This document shows, piece by piece, positions 12,195-25,262 of a stretch of DNA of 64,000 nucleotides. A program made the translations under genes and the position numbers. Under the pieces are notes generated by a model. The model worked only from the letters and a program-made list of their open reading frames with translations, was not told where the DNA came from and did not search any database. Origin of the DNA: Octopus vulgaris (Eukaryota). How positions within the stretch are numbered: position 1 is the first letter of the stretch; the number at the start of each line of letters is the position of its first letter. Where the stretch lies: contig OX597830.1 in assembly GCA_951406725.2 (NCBI GenBank), positions 45,632,001 through 45,696,000 of the forward strand, given 5' to 3'.

Positions 12195-13363
12195 TAACAA
12201 ATAAAAGAGAAACAAGGACGGACACATTGCTTTAACCTGGGGCGATGTTAGCATGTCTCTCCAGCGACTGTCATAACCTAGTGTTGCAACTTTACAACTG
12301 CACTCAGGTTCCAGTCATGTCTCTTTGCAAGATATTTAAATCTGCGTGGCTAAGGTTTAGCCAGCTGTTGGGATTAGGTAGTTTGCCAAAGTTATCTGTA
12401 ACAAACAAATATCCTCTCTGAAGTTGGGTTCCTTTCCCATTCTCTTATCACGAGTAGGGAGTTGTGCAAAGTTTGGAAAAGTCCTTGACACTTTGCGGAA
12501 AAACCATTATTAAATACATTGTTCCGATAAACTCTGTTAGTATTCTGCGACAGATGGTTCTTCCGTTAAGTAGAACGTGTGTATGTGTCTATGAAAAATA
12601 ATGGGTGTACATGTGTGTGTGTGTATTAATGTATGTACGTAAATATGAAAGCGGTATTCTATCGTTACAAACGAAAGAACACCATGAAAACTAATGTGTG
12701 TGTGATTGGCTTTATGTATTTGTATTTATTCACACACGAGCACACACACACACACACCCATTAACTTTTATACACACGTACATATTCATACTTCTTTTTT
12801 ATGTCATGGTCGATAAAATAAGAAGTACCAGATGAGCTTTGGGGGTTGATGTAAAGGACTTATCCCACCTCCCACTAAATTGCTGGCCTTGTGCCAAAAT
12901 TCGAAATCAATACATGTTCGATGCGTGTGAATAGAACTTGGTCCTAACCGGTCAATCGATTTCGCTGTCCTTCGCCCAACATTGTCAAAGTCTGTTGTTT
13001 AATTATAATAAAATTTTGCAAAATTTACTTTTAATTAGAAAGTGATTTTGTTTTTTTTTTTGTTCTTCCAAACAATCCTCTAAGTTACACGGCTTCTCTC
13101 TCTGTTCTGAATTAAAAGAAAAGAAAATGTAACAATAAGTATTGATATTATTAAACGTCCCGCGTTAAGATTGAGAAATGTTTTCCTCTAATTCCATTCG
13201 AACCCTCAACGACAAATATTTTACTCGACAAATATTTTATTTTGTCAAAAAACTGAAATAAGAAAAAAAAGTTGTGAGAGAAGGATTTGAACTCAGGTCG
13301 AAAGCTTCCCTGGCGGCTCTACCAATCGACTGGAGGTATGAAATGAATGAAAGTTGCACTCAC

Positions 13364-13478
13364 CATCTTTCTTCCTGTGAACAACATTAATATTTCGGTT
13401 GGATAATTTAGCAGCAATAAATAATTTCAGAGTTTCTGGATTATTGGCGACGTCCGTGTGGAGAGTGGGAGGCGCCAT
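13364..13478 (-). CDS. MARS1: Cytoplasmic methionyl-tRNA synthetase, coding exon 1 (start of N-terminal GST-like domain)
   Basis: ATG in good context (ATCATGG), MAPPTLHTDVANNPETLKLFIAAKLSNRNINVVHRKKD, then consensus donor G|GTGAGT; 115 nt, phase 1, joins exon 2 in frame. Confidence 0.85.
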
Positions 13479-14198
13479 GATGGGAACTCTCTAGCGCTGG
13501 AAGGGAGAGAAGTCAGTGCATTACTCCCCTCTGTAAAGGTACTGACGACATCGGGCAGGAGCTAGAGGTGGTCGCTTAAATAGCTAGAAATAACAGTCGA
13601 ATCTCCTTCGTTAACCATTTCGCATACACCTAGTAGCTGAAAAATCTCTATTTAGGAACAGTAAAAATTTTAAGAGATAGGAAGTTCATAGGTAAGGATA
13701 TCAAAGTATGAAAACAAAATAATAAGAATTTATAGAAAATGATAAGAAATATATATGACTTACATTTAAAGAGGGATGGTATTAAAATTTGCGGTAGGGA
13801 AGAGATAAAGGTAACCCTAAAAGCGGAGGTAGTAGGTATGGGAGTAGTGAGGGCTGTTGGAGGTATTGCGACCAGAGATTTTGTAAGTTGCAAGGTTACG
13901 GGTACTATTACATATATGATTTTATAGTTTCTAGGGGCTATATAATTAGGAGACTGCTTTCCTTCATTTCCCAAATTTTGCTAGATAAGAACATACAATT
14001 GGCTTTATGTTTGAGTCTAAAAGATGAAAAATGTTTATTGATATGTTTTATCATATTTATTGAACATCCGATATATATAAAGTTACCAGCCTCAGTTATG
14101 ATTGTACATTAATAAATTACGTTTTAGATTAGACATTGGCCTAATAACGGACAGTGGGATTTAACTCTACAATTGCAACCAGGAGAATTACTACTATT

Positions 14199-15400
14199 CA
14201 TCATCATCATCGTTTAACATCCTTTTTCCATGCTAGCATGGGTTGGACAGTTCGACCGGGGTCTGGGAATCCAAGAAACTGCACCAGGCTCCAGTCTGAT
14301 ATGGCAGTGTTTCTACACCAGGATGCATTTCCTAATGCCAACCACTCCGTGAATGTAGTGGGTGCTTTTTACGTGCCACCAGGACAGGTGCCAGGGGATG
14401 CTGGCAATGGCCACAATCGGTTGGTGCTTTTCACGTGCCACCGGCACGGAAGCCAGTCAAAGAGGCGCTGGCATTGGCCACGTTTGGATAGTGATTTTTA
14501 CGTGCCACCGGCACAGGTATCGTAACTATATTTTCCATTTGATTTTTTGATGTTGATGTACTTGACTCAATAGGTCTCCTCCAGCACAGCAGGCCGTCCT
14601 GCGATCCAAGGTACTTTGGATGGACTGGGGCTTCTATGTGAAGCTGGTGCAGGAAATAGCCATGAACTCACGTTATTTGTTGGGTCTTCGCAGTCACAGC
14701 ATCTCTCCAGAGGTCTCGGTCTTTCGTCATTGCCTCTGTGAGGCCCAACATTCAAAGGTCATGCTTCACCTCCTCATCCCATGTCTTCCTCTACCCAGGA
14801 TTCTTTCAACTGTTTGGGAGTGGCACTTCTTCACACATCTCTCCTCATCCGTCTGTAGTACATGACCATACCAGCGCAGACGTCTCTCTTGCATGCCACA
14901 TCCAATGCTTCTTATGTCCAGCATTTCTCTCAGAGCACTTACACTCTGTCGAGTGTGCACACTGACATTATACATCCAGCAGATCATGCTAGCTTCATTT
15001 CTTTCAAACCTTCGCATGTCCTCTGCAGTCACAGCCCATGTTTCACTGCCGTGAAGCATGGCAATTCGCACACATGCGTCGTACAATCTACCTTTCGCTC
15101 TGAGCGAGAGACCCTTGTTACCTGTAGGGGTAGAAGCTTTCTAAAGTTTGCTCAGGCTATTCGTATTCTAGTGGTGACACTCTCTGAGCATCCACCTCCA
15201 CTACTAACTTGGTCACCTAGGTAGCGGAAACTATCAACTTCTTTTAGTTTCTCCCCCTGGTGTGTGATGGAATCTGTTTTCTAAGTATCTGTGGTGTCTA
15301 TTGCTCCTGTGTATCTGCCGCACACGAAAGCTATTTTCTCGGTTAATTTTCCTTTGATGTTGCTGCACCTCTTATGTGTCCATAGCTTACACTTGGTATT
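14199..15400 (-). mobile_element. 5'-truncated RTE-clade LINE with RT C-terminal remnant and 3' UTR/(ATG)n tail
   Basis: ..CKLWTHKRCS..VDSFRYLG..MLHGSETW..RRLRWYGHV..GRGR motifs typical of RTE ORF; tail GTTAAACGATGATGATG. Confidence 0.9.
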
Positions 15401-15427
15401 AATAACAATATTTAAGATATATATATA

Positions 15428-15750
15428 TGGTTGTGATAGCTGTGCCGGTGGCACATAAAAAGCACCATCCAAACATGGCCGGTGCCAGCGCTGCCTTGAC
15501 TGGCTTCTGTGCCGGTGGCATGTAAAATGCACCAACCAATCATGGCCGTTTCCACCCCACCCCCACCCCGACACCTCTGCCGGTGGCACGTAAAAAGCAC
15601 CCACTACACTCTCAGAGTGGTTGGCATTAGGAAGGGCATCCAACTGTAAAAACACTGCCAGATCAGACTGGAGCCTGGTGCAGCCTCCTGGCTTCCCAGA
15701 CCCCATGCTAGCATGGAAAACAGACATTAAATGATGATGATGATGATGAT
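15428..15750 (+). mobile_element. RTE LINE 3' UTR fragment
   Basis: Repeated GGTGGCACGTAAAA(A)GCACC units, TTAGGAAGGGCATCC block, CATGCTAGCATGG, (ATG)n tail. Confidence 0.85.
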
Positions 15751-18714
15751 AAAATACAATTACCTATTATAGCACATGTTAGTAACAAATTATGAATAAT
15801 GATGACAGAAAGAAGAGTTTATGAACTTTCCATATTGATTACTTATATTTTCTTGTTTGCATTGAAGCAATAAAAAAAAAGCCTCAAAATTTTTTAACTA
15901 GTGAGCTTGTGTCCACTTTGTCGGTGACATTTCCCCAACATCTTCATAACACATGCAACAGCCTGTGGGTAATTTATTGCAGAGCTTTATGGAATTGTTC
16001 CTGCACCAGCACAGATCAACTGGGAATGACTGATAGACTCACTAATTATCACTAAGGAACTCATTGAAACTAAAAACTGTAATTATACAACGGGGAACAG
16101 CAAAGTCAGTTCTAAGTTTATTGTTTGGCACAATGCCATGTTCTATGTAGTGTAACGCTAGAATTTGAGTTATTCTAATTTTCATTCCATTGAAAAGCCT
16201 GTTAATGCCATTTAAATTTCATTAGCATTTCAAGGTCAATGTCTGGGAATTACTGTGCCAAATTGATAGCAGTTTAATACGTTCAGTGTGGTCAACATCG
16301 TGAGAACCAGTGCTTTTGAAAGTGACTGTTTCTTCATGAAATGTGTTAAAATCTAAACTTTGAGGAAACTGGAATGTGTGGTGGTGGTGGTGGTGGTGGT
16401 GGGTGGGGGAGTATCTGTGTTGACAAAAATAACTCCAAAAGAGAGATTAGTGTGTTGACCAGGATTCTTCCACAAACTCTCTTCACTCTCTCCAGCAAAT
16501 CTGACTCCAGCCCTCCATCAAATCACCAAGAGAATATTTATTCAAGACACATCAAATCTAACTGGTTTTTTAAGTAGAAACCTATTAAGGTGGGCTGAAT
16601 GCCTTCTTGCTAATAAAAGGAAGCTGAATAAATTTGGATTGACCCTGTCATTAATGATGTCTTACTTGAACAGGTAAATCACAAAGTTGTAGGCAGAAGA
16701 AGAGGTCATCATTGTTATCATCATCATCATCATCATCATCACTGTCATCATCCTTTAACGTCTACTTTCCATGCTGGCATGGGTTGGATGGTTTGACAGG
16801 GAATTTGTGACCTGCAGGGCTGTGTCGAACTCCAATGTCATTGCGGGGATGAGCAGGAGGAAGAGGGCCATGACGTCAATGACCAAGGGACTGACCGGAA
16901 GAGGAAGCAGCAGAAGGGAAGTGCTGGGAGGAGAGGACAAGGTCGTCTTCTTTTGGCCGGCCAAGGCATTGCAAACAGATGTGAGAGAGTTCGCTGTCAG
17001 GTTGGAGATAGCAACTGCTTATTACTGGGTGAGAGAGTAGGGCAGGATTGCCAGAGTGACTACTGCTATACGTAGGGCGCAGACGAGAGAGGAAGGCAGG
17101 TGAACCTTTTTCCATCCTTCACCGTCCGTCACGCAAAATTGCGGGCTTCTACAGTCGCCCGGTGTTTTGTGTCAACACGCGAGCTTGAATGATGAGCTCG
17201 CTCATTGCCATTTTGTTACTGCCTGGCACCTGTTGTAGTCACACTGTTGAAAAGCTAAGAACATCAAATAAAATCCTTTACAATATTTAGGAATGGTCAA
17301 AGCAGGGAACTGCAAGAATCATTAGCGTGCTGGGCAAAGTGCTTAGCAGCATTTCACCCATCCATATATTCTGAGATCAACTTTGTCTTTCATCCTTTTG
17401 GAGTTGATAAAAAAGGTACCAGTTGCATACTGGAGTCAATGTAACTCTCTTCCCTGAAATTGCTGGCATTGTGTCAAAATTTGAAACCAATATGTAGTAA
17501 TGGCTATTTATATTGTGTGTTCAAATCCTGCCAAGATCAACTTTACCTCTCACCTTTCTAGGGTCAATTCAGTAAAGTATCCTTTTCTGTGACTGGTCTT
17601 TTTCCTGAACTGGTTCCCTTTCCTCACCTGGTCCTCCCTTCCTCAAATTTGGGACCTCATACCTTTATCAGAAATCACTATTAATTAGAAGTAATTCTTG
17701 TAGCTGTATAAACATGCTGCGTTTGGATTTGTACTGACATGGAGAAGTCATTGAATAAAATGTCTTTCAGAGTTTGATTCTTTTTAATGTTCTGAGTTCA
17801 AATCCCACCATAGACAGCTTTGCCTTTCATCTTTCCTGGGTCAATAAAATAAATTCTGGGTTCAATTACAATCAACTCCACCAATCTTCCACAGGTGAAG
17901 TCATGTTCCTGCCTGGGTTAGAAGTCATTATTTTGAATAATAAACAACCCATGGTTACTCTGCAAACACATTATACAGATTGTCACCAACTTCTGTTAAA
18001 TTTGTTTTGTTAAGCAAACAATGTTGTTCAATCAGCTAAAAATAACAACCAAATCACTCAAATAACACTTCCTACCATGTTGGAAAAGAAAACCTTGAGT
18101 AATGTGGTGTTGGGTCTACTTTTCCTGGGAAAACAAGACAGGATGTTCATGGCTGGGATGTCTTTGATCATTGGGCAGCTTCAAGATTAATTCAGGTCTA
18201 AAGTACTGCTGCTGCCTGTAGTGAATTCTTGAAATTAACAATGTTACTGATATAACTTACAAATATTTCTTTGAAAATCTTTCATTTCCTTCGTTAAACT
18301 AATTATAGATGCAAGCAGGGCCAAGTGAATAACAAGTTAGCTTCACAATCTCACAATTGCTGTTGCTTAATGCTTGGTACATTAATAACCCATTGAATGA
18401 GTCATTTGAATTTCCTTTCCATTCAAAAGTCTTTAACCAATAAAAGCGTTCAACAGACGATAGGAGTGTAAAGTGAAGAGTAAAAAGAAAAAAATTTAAA
18501 TAGCCTGGCATTTAAGTTGATCTTCTTGTTGTTCATAAATGAAATTGGAGCATGTCTGTTTGAAAAGAAAACTGAAGAAACAGAAGCAGAAAAACAAGAT
18601 TTGTGTTGTAAGCTGACGCTGTAAGAGAATGTTGTGATCACATGAGTGATTTGGTTGGACAGTTTGTGTTACCATGTGTAAATGAAAGAGAGGTATAGTG
18701 AGAGGAGAGAGAGA

Positions 18715-18984
18715 GACCTTTTTGTGAGGGTCTCCACTGGTGATGAAAGCTGATATTGCAGAATTTGTAGACGTGGAAGAGGTGAAGAGAACAACATGAC
18801 AGTGGCACTAAAAGGCATCACTTCACAAGAGTTCCAGCATTGCTTTGGACAGTGGAAAATGCTTCTGGACCAATGCATTGCTTCAAGTGGAGAATACTTT
18901 GAAAAACGATAAAAGTGTAAACATGTAAAACGAATTGAATAAAATAATATTGCAAAATTCTGGTTTCTTTTGGGTACGCCCTCG
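18715..18984 (+). mobile_element. Partial inverted copy of the same mariner (3' end plus TIR)
   Basis: Reverse complement of 19847-20074; retains VSTGDES (first catalytic Asp motif). Confidence 0.85.
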
Positions 18985-19846
18985 TAATTATAATAAAAGT
19001 AATTGTAATGATAATAATATAAATCTTTAGTTAAATATATTCTACAAGTATATTATATACTGAATTTACAGTGAGTGCTCTTTTGTATCAAAGTATTAAT
19101 ACTATTAAAGTATTTACACATTTAATACGAGCGATTATATATGATATATTGTGAAATAATATCAGGAAATTAATATTATCTACATTTATGAACTATATTT
19201 TGGAATGCTGGACAATATACTGAATATTATACAAAATTATTATGGATTTCTGCAGATGACTTACCAAGGCAGCATATATAGATTTCAAGATTCTCATACT
19301 AAAGTGTACTTACCAAAATCAAAAACAGTAACTTTTAATTTATAATTTCAAACAAACACCATTTTCCCATATTACTTCATATATTAAAAAAACTACCATT
19401 CGATAAATTACACAAACTTCACATTTTATATCTCTGAGGAGCAGAAGTATTTTCTATGAATATTTATCAATATAGGATTCCGTTATAGAGACAATACTTT
19501 TGCGAATGCTTTAAAAACTTAATTTTAAACTGTCATATTTATTATTATATTTATACTTACACATATTTACATATATTTTTATATATATTTATATTTTTTT
19601 AATACAATAATTATTCTACACATGTATATATCTTTCTGAAGCATTTTTCTGATTTTAATTTCCTGATATTATTTCATAATATATTATAAATAATCGCTCG
19701 TATTAAATGTATAAATACTTTAATAGTATTACTACTTTGATACAAAAGAGCACTAACTGTAAATTCAGTATATAATATACTTGTAGAATATATTTAACTA
19801 AAGATTTATATTATTATTATCATTACAATTACTTTTATTATAATTA

Positions 19847-20691
19847 CGAGGGCATACCCAAAAGAAACCAGAATTTTGCAATATTATTTTATTCAATTCG
19901 CTTTACATGTTTACACTTTTATCGTTTTTCAAAGTATTCTCCACTTGAAGCAATGCATTGGTCCAAGTGCGTTTTCCACTGTCCAAAGCAATGCTGGAAC
20001 TCTTGTGAAGTGATGTCATTTAGTGCCACTGCCATGTTTTTCTCTTCACCAGTGGAGACCCTCGCAAAAAGGTCCGGATCAACTTCCAGTTGTTCGTTCA
20101 ATTCATAACATGCATTCAGTTGTGACTGCTTTTGCTCTTTTGTGAGCAAGTGAGGCACAAAGTTTGCTGCAGCTCTTTTTATTCACAATTCCTTGCTCAG
20201 AATTCATTAGCAGGAGCTCCACCATACACCCAGTCAGATCAACAAGTTCATCAATTGTTCAGTGATGGTTCTCCAAGATTGGTTCATGAATTTTCCTGAT
20301 GTGTTCCTTCGTTTGGGAGGTCAATGGCCACCCTAAATAAGGCTGGTCTTCAAGCAACAGGTGACCATGCCTAAAGTGTGAAAACCGTTTTTAAACTTGT
20401 GTTCTGCACGTGGCAGCATCCGTGTAAGCTATTTGAAGCATGACAACTGTTTTCCCCAGCAGAAAACAGAATTTCATGGAAGCATGCTGTTCCTTCATTT
20501 CAGCAATCACAAAAATGGATGAACTGGGGAGAAACACTGCAAAACAAAGATGCCCCACATGGCAGTACGACCTCAGTCTAGGATGCCAGTTAGCAGACTG
20601 ATGCCTGAGGGTCGCATCAAGTGGCAGAAGTCTGAACTACGACGAACTTGTCCCAAAGAGACTTTTCCAGTTACTTTTGGGTTCCTCCTTG
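19847..20691 (-). mobile_element. Internally deleted mariner (Tc1/mariner) element
   Basis: TA-flanked imperfect TIRs (CGAGGGCATACCCAAAAGAAACCAGAA / CAAGGAGGAACCCAAAAGTAACTGGAA); remnant ..KFVPHLLT..(WVPHEL-like)..RVSTG.. fused to the C-terminal ..CFGQWKTHLDQCIASSGEYFE. Confidence 0.85.
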
Positions 20692-22308
20692 TATTTTCTG
20701 TCCATTGTCCACTCTGTGACTTTTTCTTTTTATCTTCTATTTAATTAATTTGAGAAACAATGGCATAATCTATGCATTTAGGGAGACTTGGAAACAGCTG
20801 ACCAGTGCAAGTGTGGTCAGTTGAAAACTTTGCATACTCTAGATGCCAGAAGGTTTCTGGGGTCATCAGCAGAGAATACACATCATCTTAGGGGCCTTCC
20901 TCTTGACAACTTTACAGTACACCTACAATTTTGACTGATTAGTACTTGATCACGTCCATTTTGAGATCATCTCCTCTCCAGTCAGGCCCCCTTATCATTC
21001 CTTTTCAGCCATACTCAATGGCTGGCCCTCTCAAATGTTGCTAGGATCTCCTTCAAGATGCTCTTTGCTTGCCCATATCGGACACCAATTGACAGCAGTC
21101 ACTGTCTCAGTCTGGTCCTAACAAAATTCTTTTATTGGTTGTTCTATTTTTACTGCTGCTGCCGCCACCACCATCACGTCTGCTGCTGCCTCCCATTGTC
21201 TCAGTACTCAGGTAGCTCCACTTCTTTGAGCTCACTAATTTTCTGACTCCCTGTATACAATGCCAGATGAAAACAAGGAAAGGAGAAAGTGAAATACAAG
21301 CAACTGACCAACTATGACCACCCAACCAGACCAACTAACCTCTAGAAGAAGAGACAAAATATTATAACACTGTAACTTATATATATACCAACCAGCAACT
21401 TCACCACAAACTAAATGCAGTGGAATTGCATCAGTGACCAGGTTGCAGTTGGTACTCAGAAAAGTTTGGTAGAGAATAATAAATGTTTAAATGAAGTTAA
21501 TAGTCTTTGTGTGGTTTTGAATGGCTTTCACACACACACACACATCCACATCTTATTTATTGGTGAGCAATAGTTTCATTAGTTACAGGTTTCCAAAGAG
21601 CCAACGACTGGTTTCCGGTTTCTTTGAAGGTGAGAGTGATGAGTATCTGTAAGTCAGTGCAGAATAACAAGAACAAGGAGTTGGATTATAAAAAAAGCAG
21701 CCAGAGTTTCTATTTCGGCTTCAATCCATTGGTGAAAGACAGGCTTAAGCTTGGTTTCTGTTCATCAGTTCTGCTTATAAGGTTGAAGATGCTTAACCAG
21801 GTACCATGCAAAGGGACTGAACCAAGAACCACAAGAGTGCCAAGAGACCTTATTACTTGGAGAAGTAAGGTGACTTACACTACTATCAGTTATATAACCC
21901 ATTCTTGTATGGGTTGTATGGGTCTGTAAATGTTATCCTTTGATGCCTCTCACTGCAGTATTATCTGGTTTTGAGAGCTACAGTCCTAGGTTTTCCTGGG
22001 TCTATGCACTTTTAATCTTGATACATTTAACTGACAATTGAAGATATTTCTTTACCCAAAATGAATCAGCCAACACTTCCAAGCATAGTCATCCCTCGTG
22101 CCTATAACAGGGATGTCACATCATATATTTGTTGTGAGTTAATATTGTACATTCAACGGATCAACTGCAACTTGTCCCTCTTCACTCAAAATCCCACACA
22201 GTATTATACTTCTTAATGTCACATATATCACGATACAAAATGGAATAAATTGCTTTGTCTTGAGGTAAAGAAGCCTAAAGTCTTGAGCAGAACTCTTTAC
22301 TAGGGAGG

Positions 22309-22352
<44 letters not shown>

Positions 22353-24654
22353 TAGAGAGTATTAATTGATTTCTAATTATCATTAATCAATTACAGGTCT
22401 GCTGCTGAATCATGGCTGACTTGACTAGAGATTGTTTTTAACCTGGATCTACATCTTTGATCTCATCTTCTTTCAACTATCAGTTTGCTGTACACTTAAC
22501 AAATTCTTGTCTAAAGAATTTAATCAGTCTTTCTTTTCCCAACTGCAACTTTCTCATAATCCATTCCAGTACACTTTTTTTTTTCTTTTCTTCTTTGCAG
22601 AGGTTGACTAAATTGTTTCAATCTCACTTGTCTGTGAACATCTGCAAGGGTTTTGGCAGCACCCCTTCTTCTCCTTTACTAATAAAAACAACTTACCAAG
22701 ACCATAAAATAATATATTCCCTGGGTCCTCCAGTTAGTTATCCATCACATGCAGCACAATCTTTAACTTACAGCAACCTCATGTTACAAGTAAATCTCCG
22801 GTCAGCCGTTTCTCTACACATTCAATCACACAAACTACAAACCATTCATAGCCAGGTTTCTGATCTCAGTTATTTCCACCAGTTCTGGAGGCACTGGAAA
22901 GGATTTGGTGACGCTGGCCTTCCCTTTTCTGATTAAGCTGATCAAAAATAAAAAACAAAAAAATCTCATTGTTTTTAAGATCAATAAAAGGAATCGAGAC
23001 ATTTGGTTTCTGCCTCAAACTTCTCTCGTCTGATTCAAATTCTATTTGTGGTTTCACATCTCAGCAGAAATGGAACTTCATGACTCTTAAGCCTTCTTCC
23101 TCCATTACTTTTACCATTAACTCTACCTCATTGTTATCGCTCCCTCCCACTTGAACATGTCTTTATATAAGTAGCAACTGGTAAAGCTGATGCCACTTGA
23201 GTCATCAGTATAAAACCATTCAGCTTATGATCAAAATAGGAGTTTATGAAGGACAAAACTAGTTTTAGGGGGAAACTCTAAATGAAAGTTATAAAACTGA
23301 CAAAAACCAAACTAGGGAGAATTAGTCAAAATATTTTAGATTCCATTTCACTTAGAAATGTTATCGATCTCCTCTCATGGTGCAACAGCATGTCTGTTAT
23401 AAACTGGTCTCAGAATTTTGAACAGAACAATCCTGAAGGTCAGCTATTCTTGCCAGAAACCAGTTTTGTTTGTTAACCAACACATTGTAAGCAGGCTTAA
23501 TAAATCGAACGGGTGGGACAGCATACAAGTGCAAGAGTAAAGACTCTGATAACTCTAATAATCAGGAGTTGTTTATAAAGTGCATATTGATATAAAACTT
23601 ACACCAGAATCACAGAAAGCAGCTTCAAAATGAGATTATATCTACACAAGAATACCTTTAAATATCTGGAAAACAAGTTTATGAAAACATTTATGGCAAT
23701 TAAAGAAACAGGTTCTGTCCTTTCAAAATCTGATGGTCTGTCTTGGAACAAGCAAACCCGTACAGGCAAGTATCCTACTGTTATTCTGTGAAAAGCCTGT
23801 TGTGCTTCAATGAAAAAAAAACATTTTATCCTGTTTCAAGACAAATCTACCTTAAACCATAAATCAAAACTACAGAACTGTTGGAGGCATTTCTCAAAAT
23901 TCCTTATTTTGAAACTTTTGTTATCAAACAAATTACTTTTATAAAGTTGCTGCTTCTCAACATTTTATCTGATCATTTTTAGCATAACTTCCAATTTGTT
24001 GGATATTTTTTCATATCATCCTAATCCCGAATTATTCCTTTCCATTATATTCATTTTATATAATTCTATAAATGGTGTTTGATTTGGTCCTTTTATCTTT
24101 TAATATGAACTTTTATCAACCAAGACACAAGTTATGCACATGTCACTGTAATTTATAATATTTTTTAAAACTATTATCCCAACCTTGAATTCATTCAATC
24201 AATATTTTACATAACCCTACACACACACACACACACATACTCACAGTTTTCGGTGTCTTTGTGCATTTTGGAACTGAATTTTACTCCATTTTATTTCAAT
24301 CAATTTTTTGTCTCTTCTCTCTGATTATAGTTTGATCTTTCATCCCCCTCACACATTCACTATAAAGCAATCTAATTTTCTCTGTCACATGCTTTCTAAT
24401 AGCTTCCAGCACTTTCCTGTGCTTATGGCTGTCCATATTAGATACAAATTGTCACTTCTATGCCACAAACCCTGTTTCACTTTTATCTCAGCTCCCGTCT
24501 CCTAGCATTTTATTTTTCCTTCTACTTTTCCCTCCTTTTCTTTCTATGTGGTTCTCTTTTTTCTATTTTCATTCATCACTGCAAATGCCCCACCCCCCAA
24601 TAGTAAGTTTTGTTTATTTTACTTTGCTTTGTATTAGTGTTGATTAAAAATTTG

Positions 24655-25262
24655 TGTGCAAGAGAGACGAATGTGCTGGTATGGTCATGTGTTGCGTATG
24701 GATGAGAACAGCTGTGTGAGAAAGTGTCACAACCTAGCAGTTGAGGGAACCTGTGGAAGAGGTAGACCCAGGAAGACCTGGGGTGAGGTGGTGAAACACG
24801 ACCTTTGAACATTGGGCCTAATGGAGGCAATGACAAGTGACCGGGACCATTGGAGATATGCTGTGCTCAAGAAGACCCGGCAAGGCAAGACCGTAACCAT
24901 GGCCTATGCCAGTGCAGCATAACTGGCCCATTTAAGAGTATCCTTCAATCATTGGGCAACAAACTGTGCTTGCAAAGACCTGTTAAGTCAAGTGAAGTCT
25001 CCAAGTACTGCCTGACTGGCTCCCCGTGCTGGTGGCAAGTAAAAAGCACCATTCAAGCATGGTTGATGCCAGTACCACCTGACTGGCTCTTCAGCCAGTG
25101 GCATGTTAAAAGCACCCACTACACTTTCAGAGTGGTTGACGTTAGGAAGGGCATCCAGCTGTAGAAACTTTGCCAGATCAGATTGGAGCCAGGCGCAGCC
25201 TTCTGGCTTGCCAGACCTCAGTGAAACCATCCAACCCATGCCAGCATGGAAAGCAGACGTTG
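24655..25262 (+). mobile_element. RTE LINE 3' fragment
   Basis: ..CWYGHVLRMDENSCVRKC..GRGRPRKTW remnant followed by the family 3' UTR. Confidence 0.85.

Noticed and set aside
22400-23200. Possible decayed LINE coding remnants (also about 4700-5350, 13640-14120, 52500-53880 and 62050-62400)
   Set aside because: Composition suggests old retroelement ORFs but no motif could be read with confidence
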